Shown: piece by piece, positions 11,397 through 23,070 of the stretch
Numbering within the stretch: the stretch's first letter is position 1
Layout of the letters: each line of letters begins with the position of its first letter
Notes under the pieces: model-generated
Told to the model about the DNA's origin: nothing
Seen by the model: only the letters and a program-made list of their open reading frames with translations
Database searches by the model: none
Source: Ranitomeya imitator
Lineage: Eukaryota
Direction: 5' to 3'
NCBI RefSeq assembly: GCF_032444005.1
Contig: NC_091282.1
Span: forward strand, 861,738,001 to 861,802,000
DNA length: 64,000 nucleotides
Program-made: the position numbers and the translations under genes

Positions 11397-11412
11397 AGTC
11401 GCGGTTTATATT
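11397..11412 (-). promoter_or_regulatory. Inward-facing TATA core promoter motif for the MADF gene (repeated in copy B near 19586-19601)
   Basis: The reverse complement is AATATAAACCGCGACT, identical to the left-end motif, about 180 nt upstream of the donor at 11221. Confidence 0.6.
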
Positions 11413-12926
11413 TCGGAACGCAGGTACACATGACCCCGATGTGACCGATCAGCGTTCTCAGTGAGACGTAACAACAAAGCCATTTGAAATATATAACGTT
11501 ATGGCGTCACCTTTTGTAATGTAATAATGTGATTTAAAGGGGTCTTCTTTTGTAATAGTGATGCATTGTAAATACGCCCTTACGTAAAGTTCACACCTAC
11601 CTCCTAGGCTGTCGTGACAGTTGGCGTCACCTTTTGTAATGTAATGTAAAGGTACCTTCACACTGAGCGACGCTGCAGCGATATAGACAACGATACGACC
11701 AAAAGGCGATCGCTGGAGCGTCGCTGTTCAGATCGCTGTAGAGACGTCAAACACACCAACGTTCGAACGATGCCGGAGCGATACAGTGACGTAACAGCGA
11801 CTCACGGATCGTTGTCGCTGGTTGCTTGCTTCACGTCAAACAGCAGTGGTGTAAACGATCCGATGAATTGGCAGCGTAGTCAGATAGGTGTCACCCAGGT
11901 GGGTGACACCCAGATAGGTGTCACCCAGGATGTGACGTCCCGGCGTCTCAGAATATAAACCGCGACTCTACAGCGATTGATTCACATTGTTCGAGAGCTG
12001 CGTATGCATGTTTTTCCTGCATTTCTAGCGTCCTGTCCGGAACGATCCTTCTCCAGCTACGATCCTCTTCTACCGTGAACGTTCTGTTCGGAACGCCGTA
12101 CTCCACTGCCGGCGTCTTCATCGGTTCTTTTATTGCTCATCAACGGTATGTTCAATTTTTTTTTTTTTTGTATAGTAATGGCTATGTAGTAATGCTAGAC
12201 GCAATGCTTATCTAAGTATATGGTATAGTAATGTATAAAACATATCTGGCAGCTATCTTGTGCATCTGGTAAGCGGACACACAAGATGGAGGCACTTTCG
12301 GATGCAGTTTGCAAACTATTTGGCGCTGTGTAGCATTTTTTGCGCAAACTATATGGTAAGGCCAACCAACTCTTTTGTGTCTACCTTGGCTTAGCTGTTC
12401 CTGGCCTGCTCCGCAAGTAAATAAAAACAGCTCACAACTGGTAAACTAATTTTTTTTTTTTCACAAACTGACCTTATTTTTTTTTGATCAAGAGACAATC
12501 ACTGTCACGCTATCTATATTCATCAAGTACGGTGTCAGAAAAAATGAATTCATGATAAACATATACAGGCTCCTGAATTCACTATTTCTGACACCTGGCA
12601 GGTGAGCATAGATATGTACCGTGTGACAACCATTGTCCCCTCAATTTGTGTGATTATGGAGATGCATGTAATATTTTTGGCCCACCTCATATCTGTATAC
12701 TACAGACACACCAAGCTGCAGTCTTTTCATTTTTAACTACTGGAGATATTATGTGGGCCAAAAAGTGTGTGTGGCGACGTTTCTTGGCGCACGGTGTGTT
12801 GCCGGCGGCTATAGACACAATAAACCAAACATAATTGTGTCAAATCAAACTTTTTTTTATGTTGTTAACTGAAAAATAACAAGTAACAGAACAATATCCC
12901 AAACAATGAAAGAAAAAAAAAAAAAA

Positions 12927-14531
12927 TCAGAACCTCCCACGCCTCAAGAGGTGTCGCAGCGTGCGGCCATGTTGCTGTACTTGTTGCAGCATGAGCGCTG
13001 CTGTCCGCTCCAGGCGGTCTTGCTTGGCCAGCAGCTCTCTCACGGTGTCCGGTTCTGTGATAGAAGAGGTTGGAGAATGGACAGTGATTAAGCTGCAACG
13101 GTGGCATGTGTTTACATAACCAGCAATTTTACGGTACCGTCAAAAATAACGATTTTTGTAACGATATCTTTGATTTCTGTGAAGTTGCAACGATATTGTT
13201 AACGCAATCGTTCTGTGTGACAGCGACCCAGCGACCACACAGTGACTTACCAACGATCATGACCAGGTCGTATAGCTGGTAATGATCGTTAGTAAATCGT
13301 TTATTGTAAAATGGTACTTTTAACTACACACTCAATTTTGTACTGCCCCAGAGGGCATTTTTTAGGTTCAATGTTTTAGGGTCCGTTTAGTCGTTGTCAA
13401 ATGTGACATCCCACCGATAACCCCCTCCCACTTTCTCAATACTTACGGAAAAGGGACGCCTGTTGCTCATCCGCGGAGCTGCTGACCACCCATCCCCTGG
13501 CTCGGGCCACAGCTCCTGCTGCTGAAAGGAAGCAAATACATATCTGGTTAACAATTGAACTCACTGTGGTGAAGCGCTCGCTGGTTTTGTCACTTACGAA
13601 TGCTTGTCGCTGGAGAGAATGACGCCGACCCGGGGGAGGAAGATGGGTGTTGAAAGGGCGGGGTTGTGGCCTGCGGTGGGGTTACTGCACCTGTAATGTA
13701 CACAATATTTAACCTCCCTACTAATGGCCCGTATGGCGTCATTAAATTCTAAAAAAGGGTGGTTAACTTACGTGACGACACTGGCTGTGGGCTTCCGCTG
13801 CTAGCCGCTGTACTGCTGGCTGCAGTGGGTGCTGTCTTCTGCCGGCGGCGTCTCTCTACACCCCAAAAAAAGACACGCAAGGTTTAGACACCAGAAGTAC
13901 AGAGCTGTAGACTTAAATAAAAAATTAAGTAGGCGCCATCGCAATTGCCAGACATGAGGGGTAATTTACGTGACGGCCCTGGCTGTGGGCGTACGCTGCT
14001 GGCCGCTGTAGTCCTCTGCTGGCGTTGTCTCTCTATACACAAAAAATAAAGAAACACAATGTTTACACACCAAAGTACAGAGCTTCCGACACCCCCACAA
14101 ATAACAAACCTAGGCCAGTGGCATAAAGGAATAAAATTTAAATTTAACTCCCCAAATCGAGGTACATATATAGAAGGTGGGAAGCGCCACACGGCAGTGC
14201 GAGTGTCCCTATTCCCCCCTCCCGATACTGTGTGTCTCCCAATTACACTATACTGTTACTTGCCTTGCCTGGTCTCTGCCCGCAACGTTGCCAGATAAAG
14301 TGGCTGTTTGTACCGGAGGTCGGCCCACTTTTTGCGCAGCTGCAGCGCACTGCGCCGGATGCCGAACCTCCGCTCCATCTTCTGGGCAATGTGGCGCAAC
14401 ACCTCATTCTTGTGTAGATTTGGGTGTGCTGGGCGACTCTCCCGGCCCTCATAGTCCATGGCATCCATTTTTTTTACAAAAAAGCGGACCTCTGTCTGCC
14501 CCAAAGGAGGACATCGCTGTCTCGCCGCCAT
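12927..14531 (-). CDS. Third Harbinger gene, copy B
   Basis: Exons 14264-14531, 13970-14032, 13772-13855, 13598-13690, 13447-13521 and 12927-13054. One R/K change in exon 3; the exon 2 donor is GTAAAT. Confidence 0.83.
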
Positions 14532-14837
14532 TTTAGCAAGAGAGACGCTGTATGGCACCACCCAGCCACGCCCAGAGGAGGTCCTTCATTCTACCGTTCT
14601 GGCGCGCAATTCGCAACGCTATAGCGTCTCCATTTATGCACACCGTCGCGGGTGTGACGTCGGCTCCAGAAGTCACTATTTGGCGTTCCCGTTATAAATC
14701 AGCAGCGCTCATCGTCCTGTTTGTTTCAGTGGATGGTACATTTAATGGAGGGTATCTATGGGGTATGGCTGTTGTGTTAACGTTGCTTACAATTAGCCAT
14801 GTATATCTCTGTGTATGTATATATATGTGTGTGTATG

Positions 14838-14877
<40 letters not shown>

Positions 14878-15022
14878 CTTACATCCTATGTTAACATTTT
14901 TGTCAAATGGTGCAGCATCGGTGACGCAACGGAGAATGCATTACAGTATTGGATGTCTTGTGTAAGTTTTGAAAATGATATGTAGTAATTTTTTTTTTTC
15001 TTTTTTCCTTTCTCAGGTTGCC

Positions 15023-16282
15023 ATGTCTCATTCGGATGTACCTGTGATTGTTGCGGCCGCGTTATTGGTAGAAGCTCACAACCAGCTGGAGGTTCAAGCG
15101 CGAAACAATCGTGTAAAGCGTCAGCGCCGCATGTGGACCAAACAGTGGCTGCAGAAGAGGAATCAATTGTCCCATATGGGCCTTATAAGGGAACTGCAGG
15201 ATAACAACCCGCATGATTTTCGTAACTACCTGAGAATGTCGGAGGACTCATTTAATGTCCTACTTGCAGCTGTAGAACCTTATATCAGGCGGCAAAATAC
15301 ACAGATGAGAGCAGCTGTCCCTGTGGATGAGAGGCTGGCTGTCACGCTGCGTTTCCTGGCGACTGGCAGGTCTATGCAAGACTTGCATTACAGCGCAGCT
15401 ATATCCCGATCCCTACTCAGCGTCATCATCCCAGAGACATGCAAAGCTATTGTCTCAGTTTTACACCGCAGTTACATGCCTTTCCCACAGACCCCGGATG
15501 ACTGGAAAGAGATTTCAAGGGGATTTGAGGAGCAATGGCAGTTCCCTAATTGCGGTGGGGCCTTGGATGGCAAACATGTACGCATCACCCAACCACCACA
15601 CTCTGGCTCCTTTTATTATAACTATAAGGGATATTTCAGCATAATTCTCATGGCCCTCGTAAATGCCAACTATGATTTCATAAGTGTGTCTGTTGGGATT
15701 AACGGGAGAGTATCCGATGGAGGAGTTTTGGAGCACACAGATTTTGGGGAACGCTTGAAAAATAATAAACTTGCCTTGCCGCCCAACAGTGACACAACAG
15801 AAAACATGAACTTTGTCTTTGTCGGAGATGAGGCTTTCCCACTGCATCCCAACCTTTTGAAGCCCTTCTCCCAGAAGACTCTGACACCGGAACGACGAAT
15901 CTTTAATTACAGACTTTCAAGAGCTAGACGCGTTGTGGAAAATGCATTCGGAATTATGGCAAACCGATTTCGGGTTTTCCACACAGCACTAAACATGAAA
16001 CTAACGTCTATTGACTCTGTGGTGCTTGCTTGTTGTGTCCTCCACAACTTTCTACGTCGCCGTGATGCCACTGCATACAGCCCTCCACAGTATGTAGACT
16101 CTGTGGACCAGGGTAACGGAGATGTAACCCAGGGCGAATGGCGTCTAGACGCGCACAGGGTTTGTGGTTTGGAAAGTCTGGGTTCTGGAAGGTACTGTGA
16201 TGATGCAACGAATAGCAGGGACAAATACTCTGACTTTTTCAATGGGCCAGGGGCTGTCCCATGGCAGTATCAACAGCTGTAA
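15023..16282 (+). CDS. Harbinger DDE transposase (HARBI1-like), 419 aa, copy B
   Basis: Same protein as copy A; one synonymous change seen (GCT/GCC). Confidence 0.95.
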   Translation: MSHSDVPVIVAAALLVEAHNQLEVQARNNRVKRQRRMWTKQWLQKRNQLSHMGLIRELQDNNPHDFRNYLRMSEDSFNVLLAAVEPYIRRQNTQMRAAVPVDERLAVTLRFLATGRSMQDLHYSAAISRSLLSVIIPETCKAIVSVLHRSYMPFPQTPDDWKEISRGFEEQWQFPNCGGALDGKHVRITQPPHSGSFYYNYKGYFSIILMALVNANYDFISVSVGINGRVSDGGVLEHTDFGERLKNNKLALPPNSDTTENMNFVFVGDEAFPLHPNLLKPFSQKTLTPERRIFNYRLSRARRVVENAFGIMANRFRVFHTALNMKLTSIDSVVLACCVLHNFLRRRDATAYSPPQYVDSVDQGNGDVTQGEWRLDAHRVCGLESLGSGRYCDDATNSRDKYSDFFNGPGAVPWQYQQL

Positions 16283-17646
16283 CGTAACTGTTGGCATAAC
16301 TTTTACCATGTATTATGGATGATATTGTTGGGGGGTTCAAGTGCTCTTGTGTAAAAGTGCTCATTTTTAACAATTTTTGGATGACCCATGATACTCCTTT
16401 TTCTGTAATAAATGTGAACATAACGATATATCTATTTGTTATTTCTTATTATTTTACATACATACCAATACATACCAATAAACATATATATCTATGAACA
16501 TACTCTACTTCTGTATCAATCATATGAAACCTGTGAGTCTGCAGCATCCTATGCACTAGTGATTTCCTGATGTGTGTGTGTATATATATTAGTAGATGTT
16601 CACCATATTCTAAAGGTACCTTCACACTCATCGACTCTGCAGCGATACCGACAATGACGTCATTCGCTGTTTGGTCGCTGGAGAGCTGTCACACAGACAG
16701 CTCTCCAGCGAGCACCGATCCAGAAGTCCACGGGTAACCAGGGTAAACATCGGGTTACTAAGTGCAGGGCCGCGATTATTAACCCGATGTTTACCCTGGT
16801 TACCGTTGTAAATGTTAAAAAAAAATTACAATACATACTTACATTCACGCTGTATGGTCATATCCCTCGCCTTCAGCTTCCAGCACTGACTCAGCGCCGG
16901 GCGTAAAGTACAACGGTGATGTCAACGCTGTGCTTTACTACCGGACGGCGCTCACCAGTCAGTGCGGGAAGCCGAAGGCGAGGGACTTGACCATACAGCG
17001 GGAATGTATGTACTGTTTGTTTTTTTAACATTGACAACGGTAACCATGGTAAACATCACGTTACTAAGAGTGGCCCTGCACTTATTAACCCAATGTTTCC
17101 CTTGTTTCTTGTGACGACATCGCTGAATCGGCGTTACACATGCTGTGTGTAACGCCGATTCAGCGATGTCAGCGGGAGATTCAGCAACCAAAAAAAGTGC
17201 TGTACTTTCCCCAGCGACCAATGATCTCCCAGCATGGGCCTGATCGCTGGACGCTGTCATACAACAATTTAGTTAACGATATCGTTGCTACGTCACAAAA
17301 AGCAACGATATCGTTAACAATATAGTTATGTGTGACGGTAATGTATTGGGTATTCTAGCATTTGCATGTCCCCGTCGCATATTGCCCAGCAACGTAGTAT
17401 ATTGACCAGCGGCGTCATTTATTGCCAAGCCAAAGAGACACGTAGTACATACACAAATTTAAGAAACCAAAAATTTAATTATTTGTATTAAAAATTTTAT
17501 TATTTTTTATTACAATACTTTTTTAATGTTGATGAGGCATAGGGGATTAATGACCGGGTGCCAGGAGGATGCCTGCAGGGGAGAAGGCATAGGGGATTAC
17601 TTGTGGAGCATCTAAAACACAAGTCTCATTTATTTCAACTACAACA

Positions 17647-18945
17647 CTACAAATTTTGGTAGTAAGTGTCCATCTCACTGTAGTGGTGCGTGGCCATAGG
17701 AGGTCCTTGTGATAAGTCACCAAAAGAAGGGGGTGCAGGTGGTGTCCGGAACTGAGAATTATGTGGCCCAGGTCTGCGGACAGGAGTGCTGTGCATGGGC
17801 TCCTGTTGGTGTCCCCAATAAAAATGGGCACTGGGCTGACGGACGTCAATGCTCAATGTTGATGTGTCGCATAGTTTTCCTGCGGCTGCCGCGTTCATAA
17901 CGTCAAACATTATTCTCTCCGCGTGAGATCTTTGGGTATCATCCAGTCTGTTTAAACGTTCCTCAACCAAGGATGCGAATGGGGAGAGTTTGGTTGTGAC
18001 GTGCTTGGACAAGATGCTGTTGGCCACTGCCAGGAGATCCACAGGTGTGGCTGCTGTTGATTTTCTTTTTCTAGATGGGCGCAGTGGACATGTCTGCTCC
18101 TCGACAGACGGGCTACTGGAGGACTGAGGGGACTGGACATTGTTCGCTTCCGTTGTTTCCCGCTGTTGCAGAGGCACCTGCAATTACATGAAAAAGAAAA
18201 ATTTAAAATAAATAACATACAAACGACTCTGCCACACAGCCCTAGAGAGCCCACACCTCCCCAAACACCTCTATGCCCATTGGAACCTATGAGGAACAGT
18301 TACCTGGGTTAAAAAACAAAGGGGTTAAAGAGCTGTGCTGAACTACATTGGCCGGCAATACTGTACGAATGTGCGGAAGACACAATGTTAATTACGGACA
18401 CAGGAAGTGGCAGCTGTTATCATCAGGGGGATTAAACATGAACAACGTGACTCACTATTACTGGAAGCCATGCAGTCTCATAAACATACAAGACACACGG
18501 CATGCTACAAGAAGGGAAGCTTGGGGCTACTTACATGGTCGTCAGGAGACTCAGGCAGGATATCTTCGGGCGATGGCTCACAAAGGCTAGTCACAGTCTG
18601 GCACGGGCGAGGGATCTCTTGGTCTCTAGTGAATGCCATCAGGTCGTAATACCACAGCCTGGGCACATAGACTTCCTCAGTTCCGGCCCCAGACTTCTTA
18701 GAATTTTCCACTTTGTTGACCTCTTTTTTGAAAACTGTGCGGAGAGCCTGGATCTTTTTCCTCACAATGTTTTCATCCACGGTCTCTGTGGGATGATACT
18801 CCCTGTAGACGGCCACCAGCTTCTCATACGCTTCTCTCTTCATGTAACGGTTGCTATAATCCTTAGATTTTATCTTCCACAAACAGGGCAGGGAGCGGTA
18901 CATCTCTATGAGTGCCCGAACACAGTCCTGCTCATTTGTAGACAT
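17647..18945 (-). CDS. MADF DNA-binding partner protein, copy B
   Basis: Exons 18535-18945 and 17647-18177; identical translation in the ORF track. Confidence 0.9.
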
Positions 18946-21203
18946 CTTTAAAAAATAAAAAAATAAAAGTTAAGAAACAGCAAAAATTAAAAGTTTGCTG
19001 AGCCGTATGCCGTTCCTATTGTTATCAGTCATTTTTTGTATGGGATGGTCCGTGGGACTATTTCCACCATTTAGGGGATGGGATGGGGGCCGTTTGTGTG
19101 TTTCTCCATAGCCACCATTTGGGGATGGGATGAGGGCTATTTTTATCCATTTTGAGCGTTGAAAAATTTGTAAATTCTATTGGCTGCTATTTTGTCAATG
19201 GCCAATTTCATGTTGGTGAAACACACCATACTACAAAATCGTTTGCATTACCACTTAAAATGGAAATACTACGACGCTAAAGCGTCTTTGGTTATAAACG
19301 TGAAAGCTCTAAAAAAAAATCACTGCTGAGATGTAGTATACATCTATTTCTAGACACATAAATTAGTATTGCTGCATGGCAAATGAATACAGCACAAGGA
19401 TATACTCACCGTAGATGTACTAATTGAGAACGCTGCAGAGTTGAAGATCTACAAACAGGTCGCTCAAAAGTTACAGCCAAGACGCCCACGAGTTGATGGA
19501 GAAGGAACACGATGGATTTCGAACCAAGACGCACACGAGATGCTCGTGGATGGCAGAGTACGCACAAGTGATTGAAAAGTTGTAAAGTCGCGGTTTATAT
19601 TTCGGAACGCAGGTACACATGACCCCGATGTGACCTATCAGCGTTCTCAGTGAGACGTAACAACAAAGCCATTTGAAATATATAACGTTATGGCGTCACC
19701 CTTTGTAATGTAATAATGTGATTTAAAGGGGTCTTCTTTTGTAATAGTGATGCATTGTAAATACGCCCTTACGTAAAGTTCACACCTACCTCCTAGGCTG
19801 TCGTGACAGTTGGCGTCACCTTTTGTAATGTAATGTAAAGGGGTGCCTTTTTTAATGTAATAATGTGATGTAGGCATCACCTTTTGTCTTTGGAATGCAT
19901 TTGGGAGTATGGTGATAATTACATTACTATAATAATGTTCACACCACCTCCCAGGCCATTATGACAGATGGCGTCTCCTTTTGTAATTTGTAATATATTG
20001 GGATCTTCGAAATAATTGCGTATCTATCTACGAGCGACATTGCTAAATTTAAAGGCGTCTCCTTTTGTAATGCATAACGCCTACCTGGCCACAACAAGAC
20101 GCTGCGACGGCCCCTTTCATCGTTGCTGGCGTCGTTGCTTTTCATGTCAAACACAACGATTCAGGCTGATCTAACGACCAAATAAAGTTCTGAACTTTCG
20201 GCAACGACTAGCGATGTCACAGCGGGATCCGGATCGCTGCTGCGTGTCAAACACAACGATATCGTTATCCAGGACGCTGCAACGTCATAGATCGTTGTCG
20301 TTCTCGTTGCAATATTGCTCAGTGTGAAGGCACCTTTAGTCATCTGTGCTTTCTAACCATGCAAGAGGTTAAATCGGGAAATCAGGGCAGTCTGTCACAC
20401 AGTTGTGTGAAAATGTGTTTGCCCGCTTCCTGGTTTCCTATTCTTTTGCATGTTTGTCACACCTATATGTTCCAGATCACCAAACAGATTTAAATATTAG
20501 ACAAAGTTATTTTAAGTTATTTAAATATTAGACATTCTAACACAAGTAAACACAAAATGCAGTTTTTAAATGAAGGTCTTTATTATTAAGGGAAACCTAC
20601 AGCGCCCTGTGTGAAAAAGTGATTGCATCACCTCCCTCCCACCTCTTAAGCATAAATTAACTGTGGTTTATCACATCTTTGGGAAGCTCAGTTCAAATTC
20701 CCTAGCCACACCCAGGCCTGATTACTGCCACGCCTGTTCTCAAGAAATCACTTAACTAGGACCTGCCTGACAAAGTGAAGTAGAACAAAAGTTAGACAAC
20801 ATGCCACGAGCCAAAGAAATTCTAGAACAAAGTAATTGAGATGTCAGTCTGGAAAATGGTATAGAGTCATTTCTTTGGGACTCCAGCGAACCACAGAAAG
20901 AGCCATTATCCACAAATGACAAAAACATAGAATAGTGGTGAACTTTACTAGGAGTAGCCGTCCGACCAAAATTACCCCAAGAGTGCAGCGATGACTCATC
21001 CAAGAGGTCACAAAAGACCCCACAACATCTGAAGCAATGCAGGCTTCATTTGCCTCAGTTAATGTCAGTGTTCATGACTCAACCTTAAGACAGAGACTGA
21101 GCAAAAATGGCCGGGATGGCAGAGTTCCAGAACGAAAACCACTACTGAACAATAATAACAATTAAGGCTTATCTCAATTTTGCCAAAAAACATCTTGATG
21201 ACC

Positions 21204-22684
21204 TGTATTGCCAAGTTTTTAACACTAAGGTTCGGATACGGCTTTAAAGAAGGCTACTGCTTGCGATATAACGCAATTTTATTTCAAAATACAAAATTAA
21301 AGGAATAATATGATTGAATAGTATGATTGCATACACATTTGTATATTTTAAGATATAAAGTACATATAAGGATTAAATTCATATAATGATTAAGTACATA
21401 TACTCACATCATCCATCACCAAGGGGCTTTTAAACATCATCCATCTTGAAAATCAGAGAAGCAACACCAAGACAGAGCACCCCTGGGAGATTCATAACAC
21501 TGCACGGGGCATCCCCACTAATGCAGGTATCACAACACTGTACATGTACAGGTACTCCAGTTTATGCTTCTGTCTTAGTCATGTTTCTCTGGCCTTATAT
21601 AGTGATTTGCAATATGTGTAATTTTGGTTTCACCCTGCCCTTCAAGTGGCCAGCTTTCAAGATAGGATGAGACCAAGCTATCAGTCATACATCAGACAAT
21701 GGGCCATAAACCCATAGATACATAAAAAGCCCACAAAGGTTAGATAAAACCACCGTAGACAGAGGTTAAGGTACCGTCACATTTAGCGACACTGCAGCGA
21801 TACCGACAACGATGCCGATCGCTGCAGCGTCGCTGTGTGGTCGCTGGAGAGCTGTTACACAGACAGCTCTCCAGCGACCACCGATCCCGAAGTCCCTGGG
21901 TAACCAGGGTAAACATCGGGTTACTAAGCGCAGGGCTGCGCTTAGTAACCCGATGTTTACCCTGGTTACCAGTGTAAATGTAAAAAAACAAAAACAGTAC
22001 ATACTTATATTCCTGTCGCGTCCCCCGGCTTTCTGCTTCCCTGCACTGTGTAAGTGCTGGCCGTAAAAGCAGAGCGGTGACGTCACCGCTGTAATTGCTT
22101 TACGGCTGGCCGGCGCTGACACAGGATGCAGGAGGAGTGCAGGGAAGCAGAACGCCACAGACACCGGAATGTAAGTATGTAGTGTTTTTTTTTTTTTTTT
22201 ACATTTACACTGGTAACCAGGGTAAACAACGGGTTACTAAGCGCGGCCCTGCGCTTAGTAACCCGATATTTACCCTGGTTACCAGTGAAGACATTGCTGG
22301 ATCGGCGTCACACACGCCGATTCAGCGATGTCTGCGGGAGATCCAGCGACGAAATAAAGTTCTGGACTTTCTGCTCCGACCAACGATGTCACAGCAGGAT
22401 CCTGATCGCTGCTGCGTGTCAAAAACAACGATATCGCTAGCGATATCGTTGTGAAGTTGGTCAGTGTGACAGTACCTTTAAATAAACCTTGTTTTACAAT
22501 AACAAACAGAAACTTAAAACGGTTTGTGAACTGAAAGGTCTTCAGACAATAAATAAACAGTTCTCAAGATTGTGTCACAATGAGCATTGTCTGTCTGTAA
22601 ATGTATGACAAGAAATGCTGCTCTGCATGCATTCTGTATATTTCAATATGGACTCAAAATGGCCAATTTTATATTCACATTACA
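21204..22684. mobile_element. Solo LTR (about 770 bp without the nested MITE)
   Basis: TGTA...TACA termini, 5-bp TSD TGACC (21199-21203 and 22685-22689), AATAAA motifs. Removing it restores the Tc1 frame HLDDP.DFW. Confidence 0.75.
21769..22477. mobile_element. Harbinger MITE (709 bp)
   Basis: TTA|AGGTACCGTCACATTTAGCGA ... GTGTGACAGTACCT|TTA; long internal palindromes. Confidence 0.92.
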
Positions 22685-23070
22685 TGACCCTTAAGACTTT
22701 TGGGAGAATACTCTGTGGATTGAAAAGTCAAAAGTTGAACTTTAGGCAGGTGTATGTCCCATTAAATCTGGCATAGTAGTAGGGCTAGTTTCACATTTGC
22801 GTTTTTTTGGGTGCGTTTTTGCGGTAAAAAACGCAAAAAAACGCATGGTCAAAAAACGCATGTAAACGCGTGCAAACGCTGCGTTTTTTTGACGCATGCG
22901 TTTTTGCATGTGGTGAAAAAAACGCGGCGTTTTGACGCGTTTACATGCGTTTTTCATGCGTTTGCGTTTTTTAAACGCATGCTGAGAAATGTGTGACAGC
23001 TGCCAATCATCAAAATACAGTAAAAAACCCACTATAAACAGAAATAGTTAGGGTTAGGGGTAGGGTTAGG

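Larger units (their letters stand above)
3450..11649 (+). mobile_element. PIF/Harbinger DNA transposon, copy A (lacks its own ~490-bp right end)
   Basis: TTA|AGGTACCTTCACACTGAGCGA left TIR. Colinear with copy B at offsets of 8200-8189. Ends at a TAA within the right subterminal repeats, where copy B begins. Confidence 0.93.
11650..20335 (+). mobile_element. PIF/Harbinger DNA transposon, copy B, full length (8686 bp), potentially autonomous
   Basis: Left TIR AGGTACCTTCACACTGAGCGA; right end TCAGTGTGAAGGCACCT|TTA at 20335. The TTA matches the TTA preceding copy A. All three genes are intact. Confidence 0.95.
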
